DNA of 64,000 bases from an uncultured Candidatus Rokubacteria bacterium (GCA_963758635.1 CAVWWD010000007.1:160001-224000), one strand, 5' to 3'; positions 50,368 to 63,041 are shown, counted from the stretch's first letter. The notes: generated from the letters alone by a model not told the origin. A program made the numbers and translations.

Positions 50368-51802
50368 ATGGACCCCGGGCCCGGCCCGCCCGCGCGGGCC
50401 GACGTGATCGTGACCGGTCACGTGATCACGATGGATCCGCGCCGCACCGTCCGGCCCGACGGCGCCGTCGTCGTCCGCGACGGTGACATCGTGGACGTCG
50501 GCGATCGCGCCGCGATGCTCGCGCGTCACCGGCCGGACCGGCTGATCGACCGGCCCGGCGCCATCGTGCTGCCCGGCCTGATCGACGCGCACACGCACAT
50601 GACGCAGGCCCTCGTGCGCGGCCTCATCGCCGAGGAGCTGCCGATGATCCTGCGGCTCTACGTCCCCGCGTCGCGCGCGATGACGCCGGCGGAGGCGGGC
50701 ACCGCCACCACGCTGTGCTCGGCCCAGCTCCTGAGCTCGGGCGTGACCACGGCGTGTGAAGGCGCGGGGGCCAGCAACCCCGAGCAGCTCGCCGCGCAGC
50801 TCGAGGCCATCGAGGCGGTGGGCATCCGGGTGAACGTCGTGCGCGGCGCGCCCGACCAGGACTTCCACCACGCGGCGCTCTACTCGCAGGTGAACGGAGA
50901 CCTCCTGGCGGAAGGTCCGCGAAGGGGACGCCGAGCGGGACCTGGCCGTCACCGAAGACCTCCTGCGGCGCTATCCGCCGAAGGGACGCGGCCGGATCAC
51001 CGCGGGCATCAACGCTTCCGCGCTCACCGGCTACTCACCGCGCTACTTCGAGCTGTCCCGGGCGCTCGCGGCGCGCCACGCGGCCAAGGTGCACGTGCAC
51101 GCCGCGCGCGACCGCGAGGAGGTGGAGTTCTGCCTGGCCGTGGCGGGCCGGCGGCCCATCGAGTGGCTCGAAGACCTCGGCATGCTCGGGCCGGACCTCG
51201 TGCTGGCGCACGCCATGCTCGCGACCGAGGGCGAGATCCGCGCGATCGGCCAGACGCGGACCGGCGTCGCCCACTCCGCCGTCGAGTGCGTGAACATCCT
51301 GAGCGCCGTTCCGAACGTGAAGATGATGCGCGCGCTCGGCGCCACCGTCGCCCTCGGCTGCGACAACGCCGTCAACGACATGTTCGTCGTCATGCACACG
51401 GCGTGGGTGCTGCACGCGGCCACCCGCGGCATCGCCGCCTACGATCCCGAGATCCTCGACGCCGAGACGATCCTGGCCATGGCCACCATCGACGGCGCGC
51501 GGCTGCTCGGGCTCGACCACGTGGTCGGCTCGCTGGAGCCCGGCAAGGCCGCGGACCTGACGGTCCTGGACGGGCGGAGCCTCTTCCTCCACCCGCCCCA
51601 GCACCTCGTGAGCGAGATCGTCCGCTACGGGTCACGGGCGGACGTCCGCCTGGTGATGGTCGGCGGCCGGACCGTCGTGGAGGACGGCGTGGTCACCACG
51701 ATCGACCGCGCGCGCCTCGGCGAGGACGCCGAGCGCGGGGCCCGCCGCCTCCGCGCGATCGTCGAGCCCCGCCGCTACCGGCCCCTCCATCCTCCGGCCT
51801 GA
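50368..51802 (+). CDS. Amidohydrolase (SAH deaminase-like), frameshift near 50900
   Basis: PGLIDAHTH; then HVHAA, LAHA, LGCD, GSLEPGKAADL in the next frame. Confidence 0.85.
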
Positions 51803-51822
51803 CTCCCCCAGCGAGCCCGGGG

Positions 51823-51879
51823 TTGACAGTGCGGGTCCCGGTTTAGTATCAGTTAACTCACGTTAAGCCATCACTTAAC
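51823..51879 (+). promoter_or_regulatory. Promoter/operator of the hcr-box operon
   Basis: TTGACA at 51823; AT-rich block with TTAAC-tcac-GTTAA and GTTAAG-ccatca-CTTAAC inverted repeats. Confidence 0.6.
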
Positions 51880-51944
51880 CGTGACGAGCCATCGTCGCGG
51901 GATGGCCTCGACGACCCGGCGGCCTCCAGGAGGGTGATCGGAAC

Positions 51945-52460
51945 GTGAAGGCGCGGTTCACCTTGTCGGTCAACGGCGAAGGGCGCGAGCTGGTGGTCGC
52001 CGTGCACAAGACCCTGCTCGAGGTCCTCCGCGAGGATCTCGACCTCACCGGCACCAAGCACGGCTGCGAGCTCGGCGAGTGCGGCACCTGCACGGTGCTC
52101 CTGGACGGCGAGCCCGCGCTCTCGTGCCTCGTGCTTCCCGTCGAGTGCCAGGGCCGCGAGGTGACCACGATCGAGGGGATGGCGGTGGACGGGCGCCTGC
52201 ACCCCCTCCAGCAGGCGTTCGCGGAGCTCGGCGCCGCCCAGTGCGGATACTGCATCCCGGGCATCCTGCTGACCGCCCGCGCGCTGCTCGCCGAGAACCC
52301 CACGCCCACCCGCGACGAGGTGCGCCACGCGCTGGCCGGCAACCTGTGCCGGTGCACCGGCTACACGAAGATCCTCGAGGCCGTCGAGCTCGCGGCGCTG
52401 CGGATGCAGGCCGGTGATGGCGCGGCGGCCGCGGCGTCCACCCGGGAGGCGCGGGCGTGA
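51945..52460 (+). CDS. hcrC: 2Fe-2S subunit, 4-hydroxybenzoyl-CoA reductase gamma-like
   Basis: GTKHGCELGECGTC, QCGYC, GNLCRCTGY. Confidence 0.75.
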   Translation: MKARFTLSVNGEGRELVVAVHKTLLEVLREDLDLTGTKHGCELGECGTCTVLLDGEPALSCLVLPVECQGREVTTIEGMAVDGRLHPLQQAFAELGAAQCGYCIPGILLTARALLAENPTPTRDEVRHALAGNLCRCTGYTKILEAVELAALRMQAGDGAAAAASTREARA

Positions 52461-54868
52461 GCGAGAAGGAGCGGTTCTCCGTCGTCGGCAAGAGCCTGCC
52501 GAAGATCGACGCGTGGGCCAAGGTCACGGGCCAGACGCGCTTCGCGGACGACATGACGCTGCCCCGCATGGCCCACGGCAAGCTCCTCCGGAGCCCGCAC
52601 GCGCACGCCCGCATCGTCAGGATCGACACGACGCGCGCCCGGAGCCTGCCCGGCGTGTACGCCGTGATCACCGGCCGCGACCTGCCGCCGGTCAAGTTCG
52701 GCATCCTGCCCGTCTCCCAGGACGAGGAGGCGCTCTGCGTCGAGAAGGTGCGGATGGTCGGTGACGCGGTGGCCGCGGTGGCCGCGGTGGACGAGGAGAC
52801 GGCGGAGCGCGCCGCCGAGATGATCGAGGTGGAGTACGAGCCGCTGCGCGCGCTCATGTCCATCGAGGACTCGCTGGCCCATCCCGAGGTGCGAATCCAC
52901 GAGTACGGCGACGGGCCGAACGTGCACAAGGCGGTCTCGCTCCAGTTCGGCGACGTGGAGGCCGCCCTCGCCGGCGCCCACCTCGTGCGCGAGGACGTGT
53001 TCTTCTTCGAGGGGAACACGCACCTGCCGATGGAGCAGCATTCCGCGGTGGCCCACTGGGGGCCGGACGACAAGCTGACGCTCTGGTCCTCCACGCAGAC
53101 GCCGCACTACGTGCACCGCCTGCTCGGCAAGATCCTGGACGTGCCGCAGGCGCACATCCGGGTGATCGCGGCGCCGGTGGGCGGCGGCTTCGGCGGGAAG
53201 CTGGACCCGTTCTCCCACGAGATCGCCGCGTGCAAGCTCTCCCAGCTCACCGGCCGCCCGGTGAAGATCACGCTGACCCGCGAGGAGGTGTTCTACGTCC
53301 ACCGCGGCCGGCACCCCGTGCTGATGTGGATCCGCACGGGCTTCGCGCGGGACGGCGCCATCACCGGGATGCACTTCCGCTCCTGGCTCGACGGCGGCGC
53401 CTACGGCTCGTACGGCGTGGCCTCCACCTTCTACACGGGCGCGCTCCAGACGGTGACGTACAAGATCCCCGCCTACAAGTTCGAGGGCGCCCGCGTGTTC
53501 ACGAACAAGCCGCCGTGCGGTCCCAAGCGCGGCCACGGCACGCCCCAGCCCCGCTTCGCCATGGAGTGCCAGATCGACAAGGCCGCCGAGCAGCTCGGGC
53601 TCGACCCCGCGGACATGCGGCGGCGGAACCTCGCCGAGCCCTTCACCAAGACGGCCAACCACCTCACCGTGACCACGATCGGGCTCGGCGAGTGCATCGA
53701 CCGCGTGGTGGAGGCGAGCGGCTGGCGCGAGAAGCGCGCGTCGCTGCCGCCCGGGCGGGGGATCGGCATCGCGTGCTCGTCGTACCTCACCGGCGCGGGC
53801 ACCGCGATCTACTGGAACGACATGCCGCACTCCGGCGTGGTGGTGCGCGCGGACCGGAGCGGCGGCGTGTCCGTGCTGTGCGGGGCCACCGACATCGGCC
53901 AGGGCTCGGACTCGATCCTGGCGTACCTCGCGGCCGAGGTGCTCGGCATCGAGCCCAAGGACATCCGCGTGCACGCGGCGGACACCGACCTCACCCCGGT
54001 GGACCTCGGCTCCTACTCCTCCCGGGTCACGCTCATGGCGGGCCAGGCCGTCATCCAGGCCGCGGAGCGGCTGCGCGCGCGGATCTTCGAGGCGGTGGCC
54101 CGGAAGCTCGAGGCGCCGGCGAGCGCGCTCGTCGCCCGCGACCGGCGCGTGTTCGTGGCCGACGACCCGGAGCGCGGCGTGTCCTTCCCGGACGCCGTCG
54201 TCCTGGGCGAGAGCATGCACGGCGTGCTCGCCGTCCCGGGCTCCTACGCGCCGCCGAAGCGGGCGGGCAAGTACAAGGGCGGCGGGGTCGGCCCGTCGCC
54301 GTGCTATTCGTACACCGCGTGCGTGGTCGAGGTGAACGTGGACCGGGAGACCGGCGAGGTCCGGCCCACCGAGGTGTGGATCGCCCACGACGTGGGCCGC
54401 GCGCTGAATCCGCTGCTCGTCGAGGGACAGGTCGAGGGATCGGTCTACATGGGCCTGGGCGAGGTGCTGATGGAGGAGCAGGTGTTCAGGAAGGGCGTCC
54501 ACAAGATCCCCTCGCTCCTCGAGTACAAGAGCCCGACCACGCTCGAGACGCCGGAGATCCACACGATCCTCGTCGAGACCGACGACCCCGAGGGCCCGTT
54601 CGGCGCGAAGGAGGCGGGCCAGGGGCCGCTCCTTCCGATCATTCCCGCGGTCGTCAACGCCGTCTACGACGCGGTGGGGGTGCGCATGGACGAGATCCCG
54701 GTCTCGCCCGACAAGGTGCTGAAGGGCCTCGAGCTGGCCCGCCAGGGCAAGCCGGCGCGCGTGGGGCCGGAGCGCCTGCCGCTCCTCACGTTCCCCGCGC
54801 CGCGCGCCGTCGAGTCGGCGTTCGGCCAGCCCGCCGAGAACATCGCGGAGAGGCCGTTTTCGACATGA
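52457..54868 (+). CDS. hcrA: Molybdopterin subunit, 4-hydroxybenzoyl-CoA reductase alpha-like
   Basis: FGILP, HRGR, TNKPPCGPKRGHG, DIGQGS, GSYSSRVT, GPFGAKEA; xanthine oxidase family, HcrA-type by recalled motifs. Confidence 0.72.
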   Translation: MSEKERFSVVGKSLPKIDAWAKVTGQTRFADDMTLPRMAHGKLLRSPHAHARIVRIDTTRARSLPGVYAVITGRDLPPVKFGILPVSQDEEALCVEKVRMVGDAVAAVAAVDEETAERAAEMIEVEYEPLRALMSIEDSLAHPEVRIHEYGDGPNVHKAVSLQFGDVEAALAGAHLVREDVFFFEGNTHLPMEQHSAVAHWGPDDKLTLWSSTQTPHYVHRLLGKILDVPQAHIRVIAAPVGGGFGGKLDPFSHEIAACKLSQLTGRPVKITLTREEVFYVHRGRHPVLMWIRTGFARDGAITGMHFRSWLDGGAYGSYGVASTFYTGALQTVTYKIPAYKFEGARVFTNKPPCGPKRGHGTPQPRFAMECQIDKAAEQLGLDPADMRRRNLAEPFTKTANHLTVTTIGLGECIDRVVEASGWREKRASLPPGRGIGIACSSYLTGAGTAIYWNDMPHSGVVVRADRSGGVSVLCGATDIGQGSDSILAYLAAEVLGIEPKDIRVHAADTDLTPVDLGSYSSRVTLMAGQAVIQAAERLRARIFEAVARKLEAPASALVARDRRVFVADDPERGVSFPDAVVLGESMHGVLAVPGSYAPPKRAGKYKGGGVGPSPCYSYTACVVEVNVDRETGEVRPTEVWIAHDVGRALNPLLVEGQVEGSVYMGLGEVLMEEQVFRKGVHKIPSLLEYKSPTTLETPEIHTILVETDDPEGPFGAKEAGQGPLLPIIPAVVNAVYDAVGVRMDEIPVSPDKVLKGLELARQGKPARVGPERLPLLTFPAPRAVESAFGQPAENIAERPFST

Positions 54869-55899
54869 TGCGCCTGCCGCCCTTCGAGTACCTGGCGCCG
54901 GTGTCGGTGGCCGACGCCGCCAAGCTCATGGCCGAGCGCGGCCCCGCGGCCATGCTGGTGGCGGGCGGCACCGACCTCTATCCGAACATGAAGCGCCGGC
55001 AGTTCGAGCCCGAGGCGCTGGTCGGGCTCCGCGGCATCCGCGAGCTCGCCGGCGTGCGCGGCACCGCGGCTTCCGGCCTCACGATCGGCTCGGGCGCCAC
55101 GCTCACCGCGGTGGCGCGCCACGCGGAGGTCGCCGGCGGATACCCGGCGCTGGCCACCGCGGCGGGGCTGGTGTCCACGCCGCAGCTTCGCAACTCGGGC
55201 ACGATCGGCGGGAACGTCTGCGTCGACACGCGGTGCAACTACTACAACCAGTCCTACCAGTGGCGGAAGGCCGTGAACTTCTGCATGAAGAAGGACGGCG
55301 AGATCTGCCTGGTCGCCCCGGGGAGCCCGCGCTGCTGGGCGGTGTCGTCGTCGGACACCGCGCCCGTGCTGTGGAGCCTGGGGGCGACGGTGACGCTGGT
55401 GGGGCCCGCCGGCGAGCGCGAGATCCCGATCGCCGCGCTCTATCGCGACGACGGCATCGCGTACCTGGCCAAGCGGCCCGACGAGATCCTCACCGAGATC
55501 GCGCTGCCGCCCGCCGACGGACTCCGGTCGGCCTACCTGAAGCTCCGGCGCCGCGGCTCGTTCGACTTCCCCGTGCTGGGCGTGGCGGTGGCGCTGACGA
55601 TGGACGGCGCCACGGTCGCGCGCGGGCGCATCGTGCTGGGCGCGGTGGCCTCGCTGCCGCGCGAAGCCTCCGACGCGGCCGAGATGCTGGCCGGCCAGCG
55701 GCTCACCCCCGACCTGATCGACCGCGTGGCGGCCCGCGCGGCGCGCCCGTCGAAGCCGCTCGACAACACCGACCTCACGCATCCGTACCGGAAGAAGATG
55801 ACGCGCGTGTTCGTGGCCCGCGCGCTGCGCCGCCTCGCCGGGCTGTCCGAGCAGGCGTCCGGCTTCGGCGTGGAGCCCACGGGGCAGGAGCTCGCGTGA
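54865..55899 (+). CDS. hcrB: FAD subunit, 4-hydroxybenzoyl-CoA reductase beta-like
   Basis: AGGTDL, TIGGN, Cys-rich insert DTRCNYYNQS...CMKKDGEIC...RCWA typical of the HcrB [4Fe-4S] loop. Confidence 0.75.
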   Translation: MMRLPPFEYLAPVSVADAAKLMAERGPAAMLVAGGTDLYPNMKRRQFEPEALVGLRGIRELAGVRGTAASGLTIGSGATLTAVARHAEVAGGYPALATAAGLVSTPQLRNSGTIGGNVCVDTRCNYYNQSYQWRKAVNFCMKKDGEICLVAPGSPRCWAVSSSDTAPVLWSLGATVTLVGPAGEREIPIAALYRDDGIAYLAKRPDEILTEIALPPADGLRSAYLKLRRRGSFDFPVLGVAVALTMDGATVARGRIVLGAVASLPREASDAAEMLAGQRLTPDLIDRVAARAARPSKPLDNTDLTHPYRKKMTRVFVARALRRLAGLSEQASGFGVEPTGQELA

Positions 55900-56444
55900 T
55901 CACGCTGGGCCAGCGGATCAAGACCCTCCGCGCCGAGCGCGCGCTCCAGCAGCGGCAGCTCGCCGAGAAGGCCGGGCTCACGCCGAGCATGCTGTCCCAG
56001 ATCGAGTCCGGCCGGCTCACGCCCTCGCTCCACACGCTGGGAAAGCTCGCCGGCGCGCTCGGCATCTCGATCGGCTCGCTCTTCGAGGCGACGCCCAACG
56101 GCCGGCTCCACGTCACCCGCAAGGCGGACTACCCGGTGGTGTCCTTCGACGGGAGCCCCGAGCGGTGGGCCGTGCTGGGGGCCGGCCTCTTCCAGGGCAA
56201 GATCCGCGCGGTGGTCTCGACCCTCCCCGCGCACACGCGAGGGGTGAAGACCGAGAAGGTCGTCATCGAGCCCGGGCAGATGAAGCTCTTCTACGTGATC
56301 GAGGGTAAGGTGGGCCTGCACTACAACGGCGAGGTCCACACGCTCGCGGCGGGGGACAGCGCCTACCTGGACGGCGGGGCCACGCACAACTGGGAGAACC
56401 TCGGCGCCCGGCCGGCGAAGGCTCTCTGGGTCATCCTCGGCTAA
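55896..56444 (+). CDS. XRE-family HTH regulator with cupin domain
   Basis: LAEKAGLTPSMLSQIESG; C-terminal cupin LAAGDSAY...HNWEN. Confidence 0.88.
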   Translation: MITLGQRIKTLRAERALQQRQLAEKAGLTPSMLSQIESGRLTPSLHTLGKLAGALGISIGSLFEATPNGRLHVTRKADYPVVSFDGSPERWAVLGAGLFQGKIRAVVSTLPAHTRGVKTEKVVIEPGQMKLFYVIEGKVGLHYNGEVHTLAAGDSAYLDGGATHNWENLGARPAKALWVILG

Positions 56445-56477
56445 CCCGCGCTGCACCCAGGAGCGGCAGGAGAGGAC

Positions 56478-58154
56478 ATGGCTGAGACCGGCGGCGACGC
56501 AGACGATCGTGGACTTCCGGACCGAGCCGTCGCGCTACCGTCACTGGAAGCTCTCGGTCGACGGGCGCGTGGCCACCCTGGCCATGGACGTGCGCGAGGA
56601 CGGGGGTCTCCGCCCCGGGTACGAGCTCAAGCTCAACTCGTACGACCTGGGCGTGGACATCGAGCTGCACGACGCCTTGCTGCGTCTTCGCTTCGAGCAT
56701 CCCGAGGTGGGCGCGGTCGTGATCTCCTCGGGCAAGGACCGCGTGTTCTGCGCGGGCGCGAACATCCGGATGCTGAACCAGTCCGCCCACGGCTTCAAGG
56801 TGAACTTCTGCAAGTTCACCAACGAGACGCGGAACGCCCTCGAGGAGGCCACCGCCGAGTCGCGCCAGGCCTACATCTGCGCGGTCAACGGGCCGTGCGC
56901 GGGAGGCGGGTACGAGCTGGCGCTGGCCTGCGACTGGATCGTGATGGCCGACGACGGCAACACGTCGGTGTCGCTGCCCGAGGTGCCGCTCCTCGCCGTG
57001 CTGCCCGGCACCGGCGGGCTCACCCGCCTGGTGGACAAGCGCCGGGTCCGGCGCGACCGCGCCGACGTGTTCTGCACGCTGGAGGAGGGGATCAAGGGCA
57101 AGCGCGCGGTCGAGTGGGGCCTGGTGGACGAGGTGGTGCCGCGATCCCGCCTGGAGGAGACGGTGAAGCGCCGGGCCGCGGAGCGCGTGGCGCAGAGCGA
57201 CCGGCCGGCCGCCGGACCGGGCGTGGCCCTCACGCCGCTCGCCCGCGACATCCAGGGCGACCGCATCGCGTACCGACACGTGACGTGCGCGATCCAGCGC
57301 GAGCGCGGCGTGGCCGAGATCACCGTGAGCGGGCCCACCGACGCGCCGCCCGCCGATCCGGCCGCGGCGCAGGCGATCGGCGACGCGTTCTGGCCGCTCG
57401 CCCTGGCCCGCGAGCTGGACGATCTCGTGCTCCACCTCCGGACCAACGAGGTGGAGGTCGGCCTCTGGGTGCTCCGGACGACCGGCCGGGCCGACCTCGT
57501 CGAGGCCCACGACCGCTTCCTGGCCGCCCACGAGTCGCACTGGCTCGCGCGCGAGATCCGGCTCTACCTCAAGCGTGTGCTCAAGCGCGTGGACGTGTCG
57601 TCCCGCACGGTGTTCGCGCTGATCGAGCCCGGCTCGTGCTTCGTGGGCACGCTGCTCGAGCTGGCCCTCGCCGCCGACCGTTCCTACATGCTCGACGGCA
57701 CGCGCCCGGAGGACGAGGCGCCCGCGGCCACCGTGCGCCTCACCGACGCGAACTTCGGCGCGTACCCCATGGTGAACGGGCTCACGCGTCTGGCGAGCCG
57801 CTTCCTGGGCGAGCCGGGACGGGTCGACGACCTGAAGGGCCGCCTCGGCCGCGACCTCGACGCCGCGGCGGCCGCCGAGGCGGGCCTCGTCACGTTCACG
57901 CCCGACGACATCGACTGGGAGGACGAGGTGCGCATCGCCATCGAGGAGCGGGCGGCGTTCTCCCCGGACGCGCTGACCGGCATGGAGGCGTCGCTCCGGT
58001 TCGCGGGGCCGGAGACCGTGGAGAGCAAGATCTTCGCCCGCCTCACCGCGTGGCAGAACTGGATCTTCCAGCGTCCCAACGCGGTGGGCCCGAAGGGCGC
58101 GCTCGCCGTGTACGGGACGGGCCAGCGCACCGAGTTCGACCGGAGGAGAGTGTG

Positions 58155-58155
<1 letters not shown>
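56478..58155 (+). CDS. boxC: 2,3-epoxybenzoyl-CoA dihydrolase (likely start 56478 with a frameshift near 56500; open frame from 56509)
   Basis: LKLNSYDLGVDIEL, KVNFCKFTNETRN, LTAWQNWIFQRPNAVG. Confidence 0.93.
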
Positions 58156-59573
<1,418 letters not shown>

Positions 59574-59615
59574 GGCCGCGCCGGCGGCGCGCGCCGGGAA
59601 GAGGAGGGGCCGACG

Positions 59616-61169
59616 ATGACGGGATCGCCGTTCGTGGCGCCGCAAGACTTCAACGTCGCCTCGTTCTTCGTGGACCGGCCCGTGGCCGAGGGGCGCGGCG
59701 GGCGCCCGGCATTCCTCTACGAGGACACGGCGCTGACGTATGGGCAGCTGCAGGAGCTGGTGAATCGAACCGGCAACGCGCTGCGCGAGCTCGGCGTCGA
59801 GCGGGAGCAGCGCGTGCTCCTCCTCCTCCTCGACACGCCCGAGTTCCTCGGCGCGTTCTGGGGCGCCATCAAGATCGGCGCCATCCCGGTTCCCCTCAAC
59901 ACGATGCTGCGCCCGCCGGACTACCTCTACTTCATGAACGACAGCCGGGCCGGCGTGCTCGTGGTGTCGGAGGCCTTGCTGCCGTCGGTGGAGCCGGTGC
60001 TGGGACAGGCGCGCCATCTCCGGCGGGTCGTCGTGGCGGGCAAGGCGCCCGCGCCCCACATGGCCTTCGACGCCGTCGTGGGGCGCGCGTCCTCGCGGCT
60101 CGATGCCGTCGACACCTCGAAGGACGACGCCGCGTTCTGGCTCTACTCGTCGGGATCGACCGGCTTCCCGAAGGGCGCCGTGCACCTGCACCACGACATG
60201 GTGGTGTGCACGGACAGCTACGCCCTCCAGGTGCTGGGCATGACCGAGGCCGATCGCACGCTCTCCGCGGCCAAGCTCTACTTCGCGTACGGGATGGGCA
60301 ACACCATGTACTTCCCCATGCGCGTGGGCGGGCAGGGCGTGCTCCATCCGCACCGGCCGCTGCCCGAGACCATGTTCGAGCTGATCCACCGGCACCGGCC
60401 CACGATCTTCTTCGGCGTGCCCACGCTCTACGCGTCGATGCTCCAGGTGAAGGAGGCCGAGAAGCGCTACGACCTGTCCTCGCTGCGCCTGTGCGTGTCG
60501 GCGGGCGAGGCGCTGCCGGAGGAGCTCTACCGGCGGTGGCGCGAGCGCTTCGGCGTCGAGGTGCTGGACGGGATCGGGACCACGGAGATCCTCCACATCT
60601 TCCTCTCGAACCGTCCCGGGCGCGTCCGGGCCGGCGCCTCCGGCGAGGTGGTGCCGGGCTACGAGGCGGTCGTGGTCGACGACGCGGGCGGCCCGATGCC
60701 GCACGGGGAGATCGGCAACCTGCGCGTGAAGGGCGACTCGATCATGGCCTACTACTGGAACCAGCACGAGAAGACCAAGAACACGCTGCACGGCCACTGG
60801 ATCGAGACCGGCGACAAGTACTACCAGGACGCCGACGGCTACTTCTTCTACTGCGGGCGCGGGGACGACATGCTGAAGGTGGGCGGCATCTGGGTATCGC
60901 CCGTCGAGGTCGAGGCCGCCCTGGTCGCGCATCCCGCCGTGCTCGAGGCGGCGGTGGTCGGGCGCGAGGACGAGGAGCGCCTGGTCAAGCCCCAGGCCTT
61001 CGTGGTCCTGAAGGACGGCTACACCGGCTCGCCGGCGCTGGACGCGGAGATCAAGGGCTTCGTGAAGGACCGCATCGCGCCCTACAAGTATCCTCGCTGG
61101 ATCGAGTTCGTGGCCGACCTGCCGAAGACCGCCACCGGGAAGATCCAGCGCTTCAAGCTCCGAGCATGA
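59616..61169 (+). CDS. Benzoate-CoA ligase family protein
   Basis: FWLYSSGSTGFPKG, AAKLYFAYGMGN, DGIGTTE, PKTATGKIQR. Confidence 0.92.
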   Translation: MTGSPFVAPQDFNVASFFVDRPVAEGRGGRPAFLYEDTALTYGQLQELVNRTGNALRELGVEREQRVLLLLLDTPEFLGAFWGAIKIGAIPVPLNTMLRPPDYLYFMNDSRAGVLVVSEALLPSVEPVLGQARHLRRVVVAGKAPAPHMAFDAVVGRASSRLDAVDTSKDDAAFWLYSSGSTGFPKGAVHLHHDMVVCTDSYALQVLGMTEADRTLSAAKLYFAYGMGNTMYFPMRVGGQGVLHPHRPLPETMFELIHRHRPTIFFGVPTLYASMLQVKEAEKRYDLSSLRLCVSAGEALPEELYRRWRERFGVEVLDGIGTTEILHIFLSNRPGRVRAGASGEVVPGYEAVVVDDAGGPMPHGEIGNLRVKGDSIMAYYWNQHEKTKNTLHGHWIETGDKYYQDADGYFFYCGRGDDMLKVGGIWVSPVEVEAALVAHPAVLEAAVVGREDEERLVKPQAFVVLKDGYTGSPALDAEIKGFVKDRIAPYKYPRWIEFVADLPKTATGKIQRFKLRA

Positions 61170-62458
61170 CCCCGGCGGATCCGAGCGCGCTCGAGACGCT
61201 CGACCGGGAGGCGCTGCGCGCGCATCAATGGGCGCGGGTCGCCGCGCTCGCCGCCGCGGTGATGCCCGCGAACCCGTTCCTCGCCTCCCGGTGGCGGGCG
61301 GCGGGGCTGGCGGCGGCGGGCGACCTCGCGGGCTGGGACGACTTCCAGCGCCTGCCGTTCATGCTGAAGGCCGATCTCGTGGAGGACCAGGCCGTCCATC
61401 CGCCGTTCGGCTCCGACCTCACGTATCCGCTCGACCGCTACGTGCGCGTGCACCAAACGTCGGGGACGTCGGGCGCGCCGCTCCGCTGGCTCGACACCGC
61501 GGAGTCGTGGGAGTGGTGGCTCCGGTGCTGGGGCGCGGTGTGGCGGGGGGCCGGCGTCGGTCCCGGGCAGCGCGTGTTCTTTCCGTTCTCGTTCGGGCTC
61601 TTCGTTGGCTTCTGGGCCGGCTTCGAGAGCGCCCGCGCCCTCGGCGCCCTCGCCATTCCCGGCGGCGGCCAGGACTCCGTGCAGCGGCTGGCCACCATCC
61701 AGGCGCTCGGCGTCACCGCGGTGGCCTGCACGCCGTCCTATGCGCTCCACCTGGCCGAGGTCGCGCGCGAGCGCGGCATGGACCTCACGAAGCTCGGCGT
61801 CACCACCACCGTGCACGCCGGCGAGCCCGGCGCGGGCATCCCCGCGGTGCGGGCGCGCATCGAGGAGGCGTGGGGCGCCCGCGCCTACGACCACGCGGGC
61901 ATGACGGAGATGGGCGCCTACGGGTTCGAGTGCGCGGCCCGGGAGGGTCTGCACGTCAACGAGGCCGAGTTCGTGGCCGAGATCGTCGATCCGGCCACGG
62001 GTGCCGCCGCGCGCGAAGGCGAGCTGGTGCTGACGAACCTGGGCCGGCTGGGCTCGCCGGCGGCGCGCTACCGCACCGGCGATCGGGTCCGAGCGGCGGA
62101 CGGGCGGTGCGGGTGCGGCCGCACGTTCATGCGGCTCGAGGGCGGCATTCTCGGCCGCGTCGACGACATGCTGGTCGTGCGCGGCGTGAACGTCTTCCCG
62201 TCGGCGCTCGAGGGCATCGTCCGGCGCTTCCCCGGCGTGGACGAGTTCCAGATCGAGGTGCACCGGCCGCAGGCCATGGACGAGCTTCGCCTCCTCGTCG
62301 AGGTCGGCGCCGGCGAGCCCGCGCCCGTCGTCCACGCCATCCGGGAGGCGCTCAAGGTCGAGCTCGGCATCCGCGTGGACGTGGTCGCGGCGCCCATCCG
62401 GAGCCTCCCGCGCTACGAGCTGAAGGCGCGGCGCGTCGTCCGCCGCGCTCGCGCCTGA
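61166..62458 (+). CDS. Phenylacetate-CoA ligase family protein
   Basis: HQTSGTSG, TPSYALHL, GMTE, RYRTGD, GRVDDM...RGVNVFP. Confidence 0.88.
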   Translation: MTPADPSALETLDREALRAHQWARVAALAAAVMPANPFLASRWRAAGLAAAGDLAGWDDFQRLPFMLKADLVEDQAVHPPFGSDLTYPLDRYVRVHQTSGTSGAPLRWLDTAESWEWWLRCWGAVWRGAGVGPGQRVFFPFSFGLFVGFWAGFESARALGALAIPGGGQDSVQRLATIQALGVTAVACTPSYALHLAEVARERGMDLTKLGVTTTVHAGEPGAGIPAVRARIEEAWGARAYDHAGMTEMGAYGFECAAREGLHVNEAEFVAEIVDPATGAAAREGELVLTNLGRLGSPAARYRTGDRVRAADGRCGCGRTFMRLEGGILGRVDDMLVVRGVNVFPSALEGIVRRFPGVDEFQIEVHRPQAMDELRLLVEVGAGEPAPVVHAIREALKVELGIRVDVVAAPIRSLPRYELKARRVVRRARA

Positions 62459-62525
62459 GTCGCCCGACTCCGCCTCCCGCCGCCCCGCGCGCGCTCGCCG
62501 CGCGCTGCTCGGTTCGCTCGCCGGG

Positions 62526-62964
62526 CTACTGTCCGACGATGTCGCGCTTCATCCCGCCGAGCGCGGCCAGGAGCTCGCTCTTCTCCTGCGCGGGCACCTT
62601 GAACTTGTCCAGGCTCTTCACGAGGTCCTCGACGAGCGCGCCGAACTCCGCGTCGGTGATCTTCATGCCCGCGTGGGCGCTCTTCATGTTCTGGCCGGTG
62701 TACTTGCACGGGCCCGCCCGACGCCTCGCAGATCTGGTCCACGAGCATCGTCTTGAGCCGCGGGACGTTGGCGCTCGCGAAGCGCTGGTTGATGCGCGTG
62801 TCCGCGGCCACGTTGCCGATGAAGTCGTCGACCACCGCCTGGATGGCCGGCTTGCCGCCGAGCCGGTCGTAGAGCGGCTTCTTCTCGGCCATCCCGCCGC
62901 CCGCGCATCCCGCCGCGAGCCATCCCACTGCCATCACCGTCGCCACCGCCTTGCGCCAGCCCAT
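62526..62964 (-). CDS. Group I truncated haemoglobin with lipoprotein signal, frameshift near 62712
   Basis: LAAGC lipobox; [25 protein letters not shown], then [14 protein letters not shown]...DIVGQ* in the shifted frame. Confidence 0.85.
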
Positions 62965-63041
62965 GATCCGCCTCCTGGTGAGAGATCGCCGCTCCGCCGC
63001 AGGGGGCCGCGCGCGGGCCGCGGCCTCCCGTCACCTTGCTC

